Below are positions 28,244 through 42,680 of a stretch of 64,000 nucleotides of DNA, in pieces. The DNA lies in the NCBI GenBank assembly GCA_009937615.1, contig JAACFB010000011.1, forward strand, positions 6,446 through 70,445. The letters are read 5' to 3'. The first letter of the stretch is position 1. Every line of letters starts with the position of its first letter. The notes below the pieces were generated by a model. The model worked only from the letters and a program-made list of their open reading frames with translations. It did not search any database and was not told the DNA's origin. The DNA comes from Gammaproteobacteria bacterium. Its GTDB lineage: Bacteria; Pseudomonadota; Gammaproteobacteria; Steroidobacterales; Woeseiaceae. The translations under genes and the position numbers were made by a program.

Positions 28244-29149
28244 ATGAGCTCTGTGATGAATGTGAAAAAGAAACGACTAGGCCGCGGTCTCGACGCACTG
28301 CTGAGCAAGCCCGTTGCCGATACGGAGGCGGTCACAGGTGCGACAGAGACCGATAAGCTTCGACAGGTTCCAGTCGAACTGCTCGAACGCGGCCGGTATC
28401 AGCCGCGCGCCGACATCCGCCAGGATTCGCTCGAGGACCTCGCAAACTCGATTCGGGCGCAGGGTGTTGTCCAGCCGATCGTTGCCCGGCCGGTGGCAAG
28501 CGGCGAAGGCGCGCAGCGTTACGAGATCATTGCCGGGGAACGCCGCTGGCGTGCCGCGCAGATGGCCGGCCTCGATGCGATTCCGACCATCATTCGCGAC
28601 GTTCCCGACCAGGCCGCGGTGGCAATGGCGCTGATCGAGAACATCCAGCGCGAGAACCTGAACCCGCTCGAAGAGGCGCGTGCGCTCGATAGGCTGATTC
28701 GTGAATTCGATCTGACGCACGCCGAAGCGGCCGAGGCCGTTGGCCGGTCGCGCGCCGCGGTCAGCAACCTGCTGCGGCTGCAGGAGCTTTCGGACAAGGT
28801 CAAGCCACTGTTGGAATCGAGGCAGCTCGAGATGGGGCATGCCCGGGCGCTGCTGTCGATAAGCAGTGAGATCCAGCAGCTCGATGCGGCCCGGCAGGTC
28901 GTGAAGAAAGGCCTCTCGGTCCGGGAGACCGAGCGGCTCGTCAAGCGGATGCTCGAGAATGCCGGCAGGAGCAAGCCGGCAAGCAGCCCGGCCTCGGCTG
29001 ATGGCGATATTCGCCGGCTCGAGATTGAAGTGTCGGAAAAGCTCGGTGCGCGTGTGCGCGTGGAGCACACCAAGAAAGGCTCCGGCCGGGTTATCGTGCA
29101 TTACAATAACCTCGACGAGCTCGACGGCATTCTCAAACACCTGAAATAA
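28244..29149 (+). CDS. parB: chromosome partitioning protein ParB (Spo0J)
   Basis: 301 aa with the N-terminal LGRGLDALL and the GERRWRAA arginine patch, followed by HTH and C-terminal dimerisation regions. Confidence 0.93.
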   Translation: MSSVMNVKKKRLGRGLDALLSKPVADTEAVTGATETDKLRQVPVELLERGRYQPRADIRQDSLEDLANSIRAQGVVQPIVARPVASGEGAQRYEIIAGERRWRAAQMAGLDAIPTIIRDVPDQAAVAMALIENIQRENLNPLEEARALDRLIREFDLTHAEAAEAVGRSRAAVSNLLRLQELSDKVKPLLESRQLEMGHARALLSISSEIQQLDAARQVVKKGLSVRETERLVKRMLENAGRSKPASSPASADGDIRRLEIEVSEKLGARVRVEHTKKGSGRVIVHYNNLDELDGILKHLK

Positions 29150-29183
29150 AGGCTGGCGCAGCGGCAGTCCGCTGCCTGTGCTG

Positions 29184-29212
29184 TTGCCATGCAATAGGGC
29201 TGCCACTATAAT
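29184..29212 (+). promoter_or_regulatory. sigma70 promoter of the atp operon (TTGCCA, 17-nt spacer, TATAAT)
   Basis: Read directly: -35 at 29184-29189, exactly 17 nt of spacer, and a perfect -10 at 29207-29212, 108 nt upstream of atpI. Confidence 0.6.
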
Positions 29213-29319
29213 GCCCCCGCTATTTACAGGCCCGCCTGGAATCACCGATAAATCAAGCGCCACACACCGCCGGTTACCCCGATGGACGTGGCGTTTTTAG
29301 TGCCGGAGGCAAGCGAATC

Positions 29320-30544
<1,225 letters not shown>

Positions 30545-30586
30545 TTATTTTTTTTATTTCAACAAGTTGGACTTGATCCTATCTAG

Positions 30587-30865
<279 letters not shown>

Positions 30866-30866
30866 A

Positions 30867-30888
30867 CCGTTACCGCCGCCGGTAACGG
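30867..30888 (+). promoter_or_regulatory. 9-bp GC-rich stem-loop immediately after the atpE stop (CCGTTACCG-CCGC-CGGTAACGG), no T-run
   Basis: Read directly from the sequence. It is a likely intra-operon mRNA stabiliser or partial attenuator rather than a full terminator. Confidence 0.45.
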
Positions 30889-30928
30889 CGGCCGGTTCTC
30901 GATAGATACACGCTAGGAGTATCTGCAG

Positions 30929-31399
30929 GTGGATATTAATTTAACGCTCATCGGCCAGACGATCGCGATGATCGTGTTTGTCTGGTTCTGCATGAAGTTC
31001 ATATGGCCGCCGCTTCTTGGAGCGATCGAAGAGCGTCAGGAAAAGATAGCCGAGGGCCTCGCTGCTGCGGACAAGGGCCAGGAAAAGCTCGAACAAGCCA
31101 GCGCCGAGGCCGAGCAAATCGTCGCGGACGCGCGCAAGCAGGCAACCGGCATCCTCGACCAGGCGCACGCTCGCGCAAACGAAATCGTCGCCGAGGGCAA
31201 GGCCGATGGCGTCAAGGAGCGTGAGCGGCAGCTTGCCGCGGCCAAGGCCGAGATCGAGCAGGAAGCGAACCGTGCGCGCGAGGAACTGCGTGGACAGGTA
31301 TCAGCCATCGCGATCGCGAGCGCCGAGAAGATCCTGCGGCGGGAAATCGACGAAAAGCAGCATGGGGATATTCTCGGCAAGCTGGCAGCTGAGCTTTAG
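30929..31399 (+). CDS. atpF: F0F1 ATP synthase subunit b
   Basis: 156 aa with a GTG start, an N-terminal TM helix and a long charged coiled-coil region. Confidence 0.92.
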   Translation: MDINLTLIGQTIAMIVFVWFCMKFIWPPLLGAIEERQEKIAEGLAAADKGQEKLEQASAEAEQIVADARKQATGILDQAHARANEIVAEGKADGVKERERQLAAAKAEIEQEANRAREELRGQVSAIAIASAEKILRREIDEKQHGDILGKLAAEL

Positions 31400-31404
31400 C
31401 GACA

Positions 31405-31962
31405 ATGGCTGACAACCACACCATAGCAAGGCCCTATGCGCAGGCACTTTTCGAGCTGGCGCATTCGGCCGGAGAGCTCTCGGCCTGGTCCGAGTCGCTC
31501 GAGGTGGCACGCGCCTTTCTGGCCGACGGCCAGGTCGCTGCATACCTCGGGGACCCGGCTTTCAGCAACGCGCGGCGCCTTGAGTTTCTGACCGGCATGT
31601 TTGCAGACGGCAAAGCGGCGAGGTTGAGCGGCGAGGATACGCGCGGCGTTAACTTTCTCAAACTGCTGCTCGAGAATCGCCGTTTGCGGGTGTTGCCGGA
31701 AATTGCAGAGCATTTCGAGGTGCTCAAAGCCGAAATTGAAAACGTCGTAGACGTAACGGTGACCGCAGCAAGCCCGATTAGCGAGCAGCAACAGGAAGAG
31801 ATCTCGGCCGCGCTGCGCGCCCGGCTGGGCCGGGAAGTGCACCTGGAGACCGAGATCGACGAAGACCTTATCGGTGGCGCAGTCATACGCGCGGGCGATG
31901 TCGTAATAGACGGATCACTGCGGGCTAGGCTTGTTGGCCTGGCGAACGCGATGATCAAGTAA
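31405..31962 (+). CDS. atpH: F0F1 ATP synthase subunit delta
   Basis: 185 aa with N-terminal IARPYAQALFELA, in the expected operon position. Confidence 0.92.
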   Translation: MADNHTIARPYAQALFELAHSAGELSAWSESLEVARAFLADGQVAAYLGDPAFSNARRLEFLTGMFADGKAARLSGEDTRGVNFLKLLLENRRLRVLPEIAEHFEVLKAEIENVVDVTVTAASPISEQQQEEISAALRARLGREVHLETEIDEDLIGGAVIRAGDVVIDGSLRARLVGLANAMIK

Positions 31963-31977
31963 AAAGGAAAACAGACC

Positions 31978-33519
31978 ATGGCACTCAAAGCTTCTGAAAT
32001 CAGTCAGCTGATTAAAGAGCGTATCGAGAACTTCGAGGCATCTGCGGAAGCCCGCGATGTTGGTACGGTTATCGGCGTAACGGACGGTATTGTTCGTATC
32101 CACGGACTCGCTGACGCCCGTTACGGCGAGATGCTCGAATTTCCGCAGAACACGTTCGGCATGGCGCTGAACCTCGAGCAGGACTCCGTCGGTGCGGTGG
32201 TCCTTGGTGACTACAAGCATATTTCGGAAGGCGATACCGTCAAGACGACGGGGCGCATTCTCGAGGTTCCGATCGGTACCGCACTGCTCGGCCGCGTCGT
32301 GGATGCGCTGGGTATGCCGATCGACGGCAAGGGGCCGATCGATACCGACGAAACGGCGCCCATCGAGAAAGTCGCTCCTGGCGTCATTCAGAGGCAGTCC
32401 GTCGATCAGCCCGTGCAGACCGGCCTGAAATCGATTGACTCGATGGTGCCAATTGGTCGCGGGCAGCGAGAGCTGATCATCGGTGACCGGCAGACCGGCA
32501 AGACGGCGGTCGCGGTTGATACGATCATCAATCAGCGCGGCACGGGCATCAAGTGCATCTATGTCGCGATCGGTCAGAAAGCGTCATCCATCGCCGGTGT
32601 CGTAAGAAAGCTCGAAGAAGAAGGCGCGATGGCGCACACGATCGTGGTTGCCGCTGCCGCTGCTGACAGCCCGGCGATGCAGTACATCGCGCCCTATTCG
32701 GGAACGTCGATGGGCGAGTACTTCCTCGACAATGGCGAAGACGCGCTGATCATATTTGACGACCTGACCAAGCAGGCATGGGCATACCGCCAGGTCTCGC
32801 TGTTGTTGCGCCGGCCGCCCGGACGTGAGGCCTATCCCGGAGACGTTTTCTACCTGCATTCACGCTTGCTCGAACGCGCGGCTCGCGTTAATGCGGCGCA
32901 TGTCGAGGAAGTGTCGGGCGGCAGGATCAAGGGCAAGACGGGCTCATTGACCGCGTTACCCATCATCGAAACACAGGCGGGCGACGTATCGGCATTCGTG
33001 CCGACGAACGTCATCTCGATCACGGACGGCCAGATCTTTCTCGAGACCGATCTTTTCAACGCGGGCATTCGCCCGGCCATCAACGCCGGCTTGTCGGTGT
33101 CGCGCGTAGGCGGTGCGGCGCAGACGAAGATCATCAAGAAACTTGGCGGCGGCGTGCGCCTGGCGCTGGCCCAGTATCGGGAGCTTGCGGCATTTGCGCA
33201 ATTCGCTTCCGACCTCGATGCGACGACGCGCGCACAGCTCGAGCGCGGCGAGCGCGTGACCGAGCTAATGAAACAGAAGCAGTATTCGCCGCTGTCCGTC
33301 GCCGCGATGGCGCTGTCACTGTATGCCGTCAACGAGGGCTACCTCGATGATGTCGAGGTAGCGAAGGTCATTGATTACGAAACGGCGCTGCACGACTTTG
33401 CGAATGCGAACCACGCTGATGTGATCGAATCGATCAATGCAACCGGCGACTACAGCGACGATGTCGCGGCAAGCCTCAAGGTAATCTGCGACGGCTTTGC
33501 GGAGAAAGGGGCCTACTAG
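31978..33519 (+). CDS. atpA: F0F1 ATP synthase subunit alpha
   Basis: 513 aa with Walker [10 protein letters not shown]. Confidence 0.97.
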   Translation: MALKASEISQLIKERIENFEASAEARDVGTVIGVTDGIVRIHGLADARYGEMLEFPQNTFGMALNLEQDSVGAVVLGDYKHISEGDTVKTTGRILEVPIGTALLGRVVDALGMPIDGKGPIDTDETAPIEKVAPGVIQRQSVDQPVQTGLKSIDSMVPIGRGQRELIIGDRQTGKTAVAVDTIINQRGTGIKCIYVAIGQKASSIAGVVRKLEEEGAMAHTIVVAAAAADSPAMQYIAPYSGTSMGEYFLDNGEDALIIFDDLTKQAWAYRQVSLLLRRPPGREAYPGDVFYLHSRLLERAARVNAAHVEEVSGGRIKGKTGSLTALPIIETQAGDVSAFVPTNVISITDGQIFLETDLFNAGIRPAINAGLSVSRVGGAAQTKIIKKLGGGVRLALAQYRELAAFAQFASDLDATTRAQLERGERVTELMKQKQYSPLSVAAMALSLYAVNEGYLDDVEVAKVIDYETALHDFANANHADVIESINATGDYSDDVAASLKVICDGFAEKGAY

Positions 33520-33598
33520 CTGTTGTCTTCCGAGATACAGCGCCAACGCATTTTTATGCGGCGTAGGAACAACGATTTAATGACCAGGGACTAGAGAC

Positions 33599-35861
<2,263 letters not shown>

Positions 35862-35877
35862 GAACCGGGACACGCTG

Positions 35878-36294
35878 ATGGCCACAATACAAGTCGACAT
35901 CGTTTCTGCCGAGGGCGAAATCCATTCGGGGGAGGCCAAGATGGTGTTCGCGCCGGCGAAAATGGGCGAGATCGGTATCGCGCCGCGGCACGCACCGCTG
36001 CTCACTGCGCTTAAGCCGGGCGAAGTTCGGGTTGAAGGGATCGATGGTAGCGACCATTTCTTCTACATTACGGGCGGCATGCTCGAAGTTCAGCCGCATC
36101 TCGTGACCGTGCTCGCGGATACGGCGCTACGCGGCGACCAGCTCGATGAAGCGGCGGCGCTGGCGGCGAAAGACGAGGCTGAGAAAGCGCTCGAGGGGGT
36201 GTCGGATGAGACCGATCTCGCGCGCGCACACGCGGAGCTGGCCGAGGCCGAAGCGCGCTACCGGGCGGCGCAAAAGCTCAAGGGCAAGCGTTAA
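35878..36294 (+). CDS. atpC: F0F1 ATP synthase subunit epsilon
   Basis: 138 aa, the last gene of the atp operon. Confidence 0.93.
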   Translation: MATIQVDIVSAEGEIHSGEAKMVFAPAKMGEIGIAPRHAPLLTALKPGEVRVEGIDGSDHFFYITGGMLEVQPHLVTVLADTALRGDQLDEAAALAAKDEAEKALEGVSDETDLARAHAELAEAEARYRAAQKLKGKR

Positions 36295-36312
36295 CCGCGA
36301 TAACCGCGAAGG

Positions 36313-36354
36313 GGCCAGGTTTATTTATCAATGGTAAATAAACCTGGCCTTTTT
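36313..36354. terminator. bidirectional rho-independent terminator between atpC and the convergent symporter gene
   Basis: The arms GGCCAGGTTTATTTA / TAAATAAACCTGGCC form a 15-bp stem with a 7-nt loop. It is flanked by a T-run on the plus strand and by AA/GAA on the other side. Confidence 0.8.
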
Positions 36355-37841
36355 CATGAGCCGGGTTTTTGCCCGCGAACCAGCAATAGCGGCAGGGTCC
36401 CCAGGCGATTCGTTGCCTCGATCTCGTTGCCATCCGAATCGACCAGCGGCCGCGGCGGGTCGAATTTCTGGGTGAGCGGGGTCACGACCAGCATCGTCAC
36501 GAGGCAGGCGCCGAGCCCCATGAAGTCTGCGGGTAATTCGGGTGCGCTGAGCAGCGTAAACAGCCAGACCGAAATACCGGCGGCCATGGCCGACAATGCC
36601 CCCGCGCGATTCGCTTTCTTCCACCACACGCCAAGGACGAACGGCACGATGATCGCGGCGAGCCCAAGTATGTTGGCGTTAACCATCAGGTCGAAGACGA
36701 CCTGGATTTTCATGGCAACGGCGATCGCGATGATGCCGCAGACAGGAATCGCCCAGCGTGCGACCAGCAGAGCCAGCCTGTCTGACGGGTTCTCTTTGAT
36801 AACAGGCAGCACGTTCTTCGCAAGCACGCTCGAGCATGCGAGCAACGCGCTGTCCGCGGTGCTCATGATCGCGGCCAGCACGGCCCCGACGAAAATGGCA
36901 ATTGCGACAGGATGTAAATGGGCCTTCGCGAGCTCCGGTATAACCGACTCAGACGAAGCGAGATCCGGCATCGTCACGCTACCGATGATGCCGAGGAACA
37001 CGGCAATCATGCCGAGCGACAGGTAACCAATGCTGCCGAGATAAAACGAGTTCTGGGCGACACGCTCGTCTTTTGCCGAAGCGATGCGCTGAAACAGGGT
37101 CTGGGCCGAGATATCCACGATGCCGATGATCGTCCAGGCGCGGAGGTAATTCAGCCATTCTTCCCCGGTGTGCTCGAGCGGGATCATGCGAAACGTCTGC
37201 TTGTCCAAATGCGGCGATATCGCGCTCCAGCCGCCCACGTCGATAAGAACCACCACGAGCAGAACGATGAGGCCGACGATGATGATCACTGTTTGGACGA
37301 AGTCGGTCAGCGCAACGGCCCACATGCCGCCGATAGCCGTGTAAACAAAGATGACAAGCGCGCCCGCGACAATGCCGGTTTCCATGGGGATAAAGGTCAG
37401 TGATTCGAAAATAAGCCCGAACGCCACGAGCATCGCGCCAACCCAGACGATGTTGGAAAAGAGCGTGGTTATTGTTATTCCCAGGGCGGCAACTGCGCCG
37501 AAACGCTGGTGCATGAAGTCGACGACGGTGATGATCCCAAGCCGCCTAAACAGACGCGCGAAAAAGAATCCAATCAGCAGGAGCGCCAGTGCCCCGCCCC
37601 AGGGGTCCTCGATGACACCGAGCATGCCATCGTCATAAGCAGCCCCTGCGCCACCCATCATGATGGCGCCGCCAAACCAGGTTGCGATCACGGTGATGGA
37701 GCAGATCCAGACCGGCAGGCCACGACCCGCGACCATGAATTCCGTGACCGTGTGGGTTTTCTTCGACGCGTACACGCCGACACCCAGCATGATGACCATG
37801 TAGATGGCCACACCGGTGAAAATAATACTTTCCGTCGACAT
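36354..37841 (-). CDS. sodium:solute symporter (SSS) family transporter
   Basis: 495 aa with about 13 TM helices and the N-terminal EFMVAGRGLPVWICSITVIATWFGG pattern typical of the SSS family. Confidence 0.85.
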   Translation of the reverse strand: MSTESIIFTGVAIYMVIMLGVGVYASKKTHTVTEFMVAGRGLPVWICSITVIATWFGGAIMMGGAGAAYDDGMLGVIEDPWGGALALLLIGFFFARLFRRLGIITVVDFMHQRFGAVAALGITITTLFSNIVWVGAMLVAFGLIFESLTFIPMETGIVAGALVIFVYTAIGGMWAVALTDFVQTVIIIVGLIVLLVVVLIDVGGWSAISPHLDKQTFRMIPLEHTGEEWLNYLRAWTIIGIVDISAQTLFQRIASAKDERVAQNSFYLGSIGYLSLGMIAVFLGIIGSVTMPDLASSESVIPELAKAHLHPVAIAIFVGAVLAAIMSTADSALLACSSVLAKNVLPVIKENPSDRLALLVARWAIPVCGIIAIAVAMKIQVVFDLMVNANILGLAAIIVPFVLGVWWKKANRAGALSAMAAGISVWLFTLLSAPELPADFMGLGACLVTMLVVTPLTQKFDPPRPLVDSDGNEIEATNRLGTLPLLLVRGQKPGS

Positions 37842-37962
37842 CCCTGGTTCTTCTTATGTCGTCGCGTGCCAAAAGATTAACACTGTTTGCCATGACAGCC
37901 GCACGCCGGAGCCACGATTCTTGCGGTATCATGCCCGCTCATCGAAACACGGACTGCCAGAC

Positions 37963-39324
37963 TTGGGCCTCAGCGTCATCATTCTTGCCGCAGGACAGGG
38001 CACGCGCATGCGTTCGGACCTACCGAAGGTGCTGCAGCCGCTCGCCGGTCGGCCGCTGCTCGGTCACGTCATTGACACGGCCGAACAACTTGCGGCTGAC
38101 GACATCTGCGTTGTGTACGGGCACGGAGGCGAGGCCGTATTGTCCAGCTTCCCGAACGGCGGGCTGCGCTGGGTACTGCAGGCCGAGCAGCTGGGCACGG
38201 GCCATGCCATGCAGCAGGCGATGCCAAATACACCGGCCGAGAACCGGGTGCTGGTTTTGTTCGGGGACGTGCCGTTGTTGATGGCCCCGACGCTGCGCCG
38301 GCTGCTCGACGCGACGCCGAATGACGAAGTCGCCGTGCTGACGGTCGATCTCGATGATCCGACGGGCTACGGGCGGATCCTGAGAAACGGCGATACGGTA
38401 ACCGGGATCGTGGAGCAGAAGGACGCGTCGAGCGAAGAGCAGGCGATTCGTGAGATCAACACCGGCGTTATGGTGTGCCCTGCCGGCCGGCTGAAGGACT
38501 GGCTCGAGCGAATTGATAACGACAATGCGCAGGGCGAGTATTATCTGACCGATGCCGTGGCGATGGCCGCCAGCGACGGGGTTGCCGTAAAAGGGATCAA
38601 GGCTGATAGCTGGGTGGAAGTGATGGGAATTAACGACAAGAAGCAGCTGGCCGAGGCAGAACGGGCGCTGCAGGCGCGACTCGTCGAGGAACACATGACA
38701 AATGGTGTCGGCTTCGCCGATCCGGCAAGGGTGGACATCCGCGGCACGCTCACCTGTGGCAAAGACGTTTTTATCGACGTCAACGCGGTTTTCGAAGGCA
38801 TTGTCACGCTGGGGGATGGCGTGCGGATCGAATCGAACAATCTCATCCGGGACAGTCAGCTGGGTGCCGGCACGCTCGTGCACTCGAACTGCCACATCGA
38901 AGGTGCAACCACCGGCGAGGGTTGCGAGATCGGGCCGTTCGCGAGGATGCGGCCCGGTGCGATGCTGGCCAACAACGTCAAGATTGGCAACTTTGTCGAG
39001 GTTAAGAACAGCGTGATTGCCGACGGCAGCAAAGTGAACCACCTGACCTATATCGGCGATACGAAAATTGGGACAGGCGTCAACGTCGGTGCCGGCACAA
39101 TCACGTGTAATTACGACGGCGCCAACAAGCACAAGACGACCATAGGCAATGACGTATTCATCGGCTCGGGGGTCAATCTCGTGGCGCCCGTCGAAATCGG
39201 TGACGGCGCGACAATCGGCGCCGGTTCGACGATTACCAAGGCGGCCCCGGCCGACCAGCTGACGCTCGAGCGCTCGAAACAGGTGACGATCAAGGGCTGG
39301 AAGAAGCCCGTGAAAAAAGCCTGA
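37963..39324 (+). CDS. glmU: bifunctional UDP-N-acetylglucosamine diphosphorylase / glucosamine-1-phosphate N-acetyltransferase
   Basis: The TTG at 37963 gives MGLSVIILAAGQGTRM. The C-terminal half has left-handed beta-helix hexapeptide repeats. The track ORF has an upstream extension that I reject. Confidence 0.93.
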   Translation: MGLSVIILAAGQGTRMRSDLPKVLQPLAGRPLLGHVIDTAEQLAADDICVVYGHGGEAVLSSFPNGGLRWVLQAEQLGTGHAMQQAMPNTPAENRVLVLFGDVPLLMAPTLRRLLDATPNDEVAVLTVDLDDPTGYGRILRNGDTVTGIVEQKDASSEEQAIREINTGVMVCPAGRLKDWLERIDNDNAQGEYYLTDAVAMAASDGVAVKGIKADSWVEVMGINDKKQLAEAERALQARLVEEHMTNGVGFADPARVDIRGTLTCGKDVFIDVNAVFEGIVTLGDGVRIESNNLIRDSQLGAGTLVHSNCHIEGATTGEGCEIGPFARMRPGAMLANNVKIGNFVEVKNSVIADGSKVNHLTYIGDTKIGTGVNVGAGTITCNYDGANKHKTTIGNDVFIGSGVNLVAPVEIGDGATIGAGSTITKAAPADQLTLERSKQVTIKGWKKPVKKA

Positions 39325-39394
39325 CTTGGGAAAATACGGCTCAAAAAGAGGCGTAGTTTCAATAAAATAGCAGTCCGCTAGGGAGAACCGTTTT

Positions 39395-41227
39395 ATGTGT
39401 GGAATCGTCGGTGCAGTTGCCGAAAGAAACGTGGTGCCGATACTGATGGAGGGCCTGCGCAGGCTCGAGTACCGGGGCTACGACTCGGCCGGCATCGCGG
39501 TCCTCGAGGAGAACGGCCTTACGCGCACGCGGCGGGTCGGCAAGGTCCAGGAGTTGCAAAGCGCGCTCGACGCGGCACCGGTCAGCGGCGTCCTGGGAAT
39601 CTCGCATACGCGCTGGGCGACGCACGGCGTGCCCAATGAAACGAACGCTCACCCGCACATGTCCGGCGAAAACATAGCGATCGTGCACAACGGCATCATC
39701 GAAAACCACGAAGAGCTGCGCAAGGACCTGCAAAGCAAGGGTTACGAGTTTACTTCCGACACCGATACGGAAGTGGTTGCGCATCGCATTGCTTACCATC
39801 TTGCTGAAACCGGGACGCTTGATACGGCGGTCAGGGCGACGGTCGCGGAGCTCGAGGGTGCTTACGCGCTCGTCGTCATGAGCAAGCAGGAGCCGGGCAG
39901 GCTCGTGCTGGCGCGCGCCGGCTGTCCCGTCGTGATCGGTCTCGGGATCGGCGAAAACTTCGTTGCCTCCGACGTTGCCGCGCTGCTTCCGGTTACGCGC
40001 AAGTTCCAGTTTCTCGAGGAAGGCGACATTGCGGTTGTCGAGCGCGAACAGGTGACCATCTGGGACCGGAGCGGCAAAGAGACCGCCCGGCCCGTAAAGG
40101 AAAGTGAACTGACGGCTGATGCCGCAGAGCGCGGCCGGTTCCGGCATTACATGCAAAAGGAAATCCACGAGCAGCCCGCGGCTGTTGCGCGCACGCTGGC
40201 CGAGCGCATAGTCGATGGCAGGGTGCTCGATGCGGCGTTCGGTCCCGGTTCGGCCGCCATTCTTGATAAGACCCAGGGAATCCATATCGTCGCCTGCGGC
40301 ACGAGCTATCACGCGGGTCTCGTGGCGCGGTACTGGATCGAGCAGCTATGCCGCATCCCGTGCACGGTCGAGATCGCGAGCGAATACCGGTACCGGTCGC
40401 CCGTAGTGCCGCCCAATACGCTGTTCGTCGCTATCAGCCAGTCAGGTGAAACGGCCGATACGCTGGCGGCGCTGCGTGCGGCCAGGGAGATGGGTTACCT
40501 GTCCACGCTGACGATTTGCAATGTCCCCGAAAGCTCGATGGTCAGGGAGTCCGACCTCGTCATGATGACGCATGCGGGGCCGGAGATCGGCGTCGCGTCG
40601 ACCAAGGCGTTTACGACGCAGCTTGCCGCGCTGGCATTATTGACCGTCGCGCTGGCGCGACGGGCGGGGCTCGAGGAGAAGCAGGAACGTGCGCTGGTCG
40701 CACAGCTGGCCGATCTGCCCGGGCTCATCGAGGAGGTGCTTGCGCTGGATTCTGCGATAGAGACGCTGGCCGAGCACTTCGCCGACAAGCATCACGCCCT
40801 GTTTCTCGGCAGAGGCGTGCAAAACCCGGTTGCGATGGAGGGCGCGCTCAAGCTCAAGGAAATCTCATACATCCACGCCGAGGCTTATGCCGCGGGCGAG
40901 CTCAAGCACGGCCCGCTGGCCCTGGTCGATGAAGACATGCCGGTGGTGGCGATCGCCCCGGACGACGAGCTGCTGGAAAAGCTCAAGAGCAACCTGCAGG
41001 AAGTGAGCGCGCGCGGCGGCGAGCTCTATGTGTTCGCGGACCCGCGCGTGCAGTTCGGTGATCGCGTCGGCATCCATACGATGCGCCTGCCCGCCCTGAT
41101 CCAGGATTTCCAGGCACCTATCCTGTACACGATCCCGCTGCAGCTGCTGGCCTATCACGTTGCCGTACTCAAAGGGACCGACGTCGATCAGCCGCGGAAC
41201 CTGGCCAAGTCAGTAACGGTTGAATAA
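39395..41227 (+). CDS. glmS: glutamine--fructose-6-phosphate aminotransferase
   Basis: 610 aa with the N-terminal MCGIVG nucleophile, two SIS domains and the C-terminal AKSVTVE. Confidence 0.97.
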   Translation: MCGIVGAVAERNVVPILMEGLRRLEYRGYDSAGIAVLEENGLTRTRRVGKVQELQSALDAAPVSGVLGISHTRWATHGVPNETNAHPHMSGENIAIVHNGIIENHEELRKDLQSKGYEFTSDTDTEVVAHRIAYHLAETGTLDTAVRATVAELEGAYALVVMSKQEPGRLVLARAGCPVVIGLGIGENFVASDVAALLPVTRKFQFLEEGDIAVVEREQVTIWDRSGKETARPVKESELTADAAERGRFRHYMQKEIHEQPAAVARTLAERIVDGRVLDAAFGPGSAAILDKTQGIHIVACGTSYHAGLVARYWIEQLCRIPCTVEIASEYRYRSPVVPPNTLFVAISQSGETADTLAALRAAREMGYLSTLTICNVPESSMVRESDLVMMTHAGPEIGVASTKAFTTQLAALALLTVALARRAGLEEKQERALVAQLADLPGLIEEVLALDSAIETLAEHFADKHHALFLGRGVQNPVAMEGALKLKEISYIHAEAYAAGELKHGPLALVDEDMPVVAIAPDDELLEKLKSNLQEVSARGGELYVFADPRVQFGDRVGIHTMRLPALIQDFQAPILYTIPLQLLAYHVAVLKGTDVDQPRNLAKSVTVE

Positions 41228-41507
41228 GCCGCGGTACTGACTCGTTGACCGAAGATCCTGTCGCGTCAGGGTAGCGGCTGGCACGCAATATCCAGACGCG
41301 CCGGCGCAGCGAAGCCGCCGGCGACACCGATTGCGGCCACGTGATGGGTTTCGGAAGCGGTTTCTGAGTGCCCTCGTCCGGGTAAGGTCTGCCGCCGGTC
41401 CCGGCACGCCAGCCGACGATCAGGTAGCGCAGGCCATCAGCCGCGCGGCTTTGACCCGACCTGAATAAGTGGTCAGACTTACCGTTTTTTCCGCCGAACC
41501 CCGGGAA

Positions 41508-42671
41508 ATGACGATGACGCTTCTTAGAAAACGGCGTTCTATTTTGCTCGCTGCCGCTGCCCCCCTCCTTTTTACGGCCTGCTCGGATCCCGCACCGCCA
41601 CCCGCACCGCCACCGCCTGCCGTCGAAGTGAAGGCGGTTGCGATGGAACCGGTGGCTACCCAGTTCGAATTCGTCGCCCGCACCCGCGCCAGCGAGGACA
41701 CCGAGATCCGGGCCCGCATTACCGGCAACATCGTTGAGCGCAATTTTGCGGAAGGCCAGGTCGTGCAGGAAGGGGATCTGCTGTACCGCATCGATCCGCG
41801 CCCCTATCGCGCGGCGCTTAACGTCGCCAACGCCGAGCTTTCACAGGCAAGGGCCGCTGTCGATGTGGCGCAGCGCAACCTCAAGCGCGGCGAGGAACTG
41901 GCGCCCAACGGCTATATCAGCGACGCGGAGATGGACAAACTGCGCGGTGATTACGACGGCGCGCTCGCCAGCAGGGAAGCAGCGGAAGCCGCCGTCGAAA
42001 GAGCCTCTATCGATCTCGACTTCACGGACATCCGCGCTCCGTTTACCGGCACGGCCGGTCGCTCCCAGCTCAGCAAGGGCGACCTCGTCAATCCTACGGC
42101 GGGCGCGCTGGTCACGCTCGTGCAGCTCGACCCGATGCTGACGGACTTCGATATCGACGAGCAGGCCCTGGCCGAGAACATGAAGCTCAACCAGAGCCGC
42201 ATTGCGCAGGGCCTTGATCCGCTGGTCTATACGCCGCGGCTCAAGCTTGTGACCGGTGACGAATATGCGCAGGCCGGGGAAATCGACTACGCCAGCAACC
42301 GCATCAATCCCTCCACCGGCACGGTAACCGTGACAGCGAAGTTTCCGAACCCGGATGGCATGCTCATTCCCGGACAGTTCGTTCGCGTCGTCCTGCGGCG
42401 CGGCGAGGCGGAGATGCGCCTCATGATCCCGCAACCGAGCGTACTCGAGGATATGCAGGGCCGATATGTTTATACCGTTGCTGACGACGACACGGTCGTT
42501 CGCAAGAACGTGGTGCTTGGCAGCAGGCAGGGAATCAACTGGGTCGTTGAGAGCGGGCTCGAGGAAGGTGATCGCGTCATCGTGAACGGCGTCCAGAAAG
42601 TGCGGCCTGGCATCAAGGTAGTGCCGAGCACGGTCGCGGCCGTGCCGCACCGCGAAAATGCGCCGCAGTAG
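41508..42671 (+). CDS. RND efflux periplasmic adaptor (membrane fusion protein), lipoprotein
   Basis: The ATG at 41508 gives MTMTLLRKRRSILLAAAAPLLFTAC, which includes a lipobox. HlyD/AcrA-like barrel-sandwich and coiled-coil regions follow. Confidence 0.88.
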   Translation: MTMTLLRKRRSILLAAAAPLLFTACSDPAPPPAPPPPAVEVKAVAMEPVATQFEFVARTRASEDTEIRARITGNIVERNFAEGQVVQEGDLLYRIDPRPYRAALNVANAELSQARAAVDVAQRNLKRGEELAPNGYISDAEMDKLRGDYDGALASREAAEAAVERASIDLDFTDIRAPFTGTAGRSQLSKGDLVNPTAGALVTLVQLDPMLTDFDIDEQALAENMKLNQSRIAQGLDPLVYTPRLKLVTGDEYAQAGEIDYASNRINPSTGTVTVTAKFPNPDGMLIPGQFVRVVLRRGEAEMRLMIPQPSVLEDMQGRYVYTVADDDTVVRKNVVLGSRQGINWVVESGLEEGDRVIVNGVQKVRPGIKVVPSTVAAVPHRENAPQ

Positions 42672-42680
42672 AGCCACCGC

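Noticed and set aside
28277-29263. 328-aa minus-strand ORF
   Set aside because: It is antisense to parB, a GC-rich artefact.
38020-39132. 370-aa minus-strand ORF
   Set aside because: It is antisense to glmU, a GC-rich artefact.
41228-41507. Region downstream of glmS, examined as an attTn7 site for a Tn7-like insertion, a small ORF or an sRNA
   Set aside because: There are no transposase genes, no Tn7 end repeats and only trivial ORFs. The 280 bp look like an ordinary GC-rich leader for the efflux operon, so attTn7 appears unoccupied.
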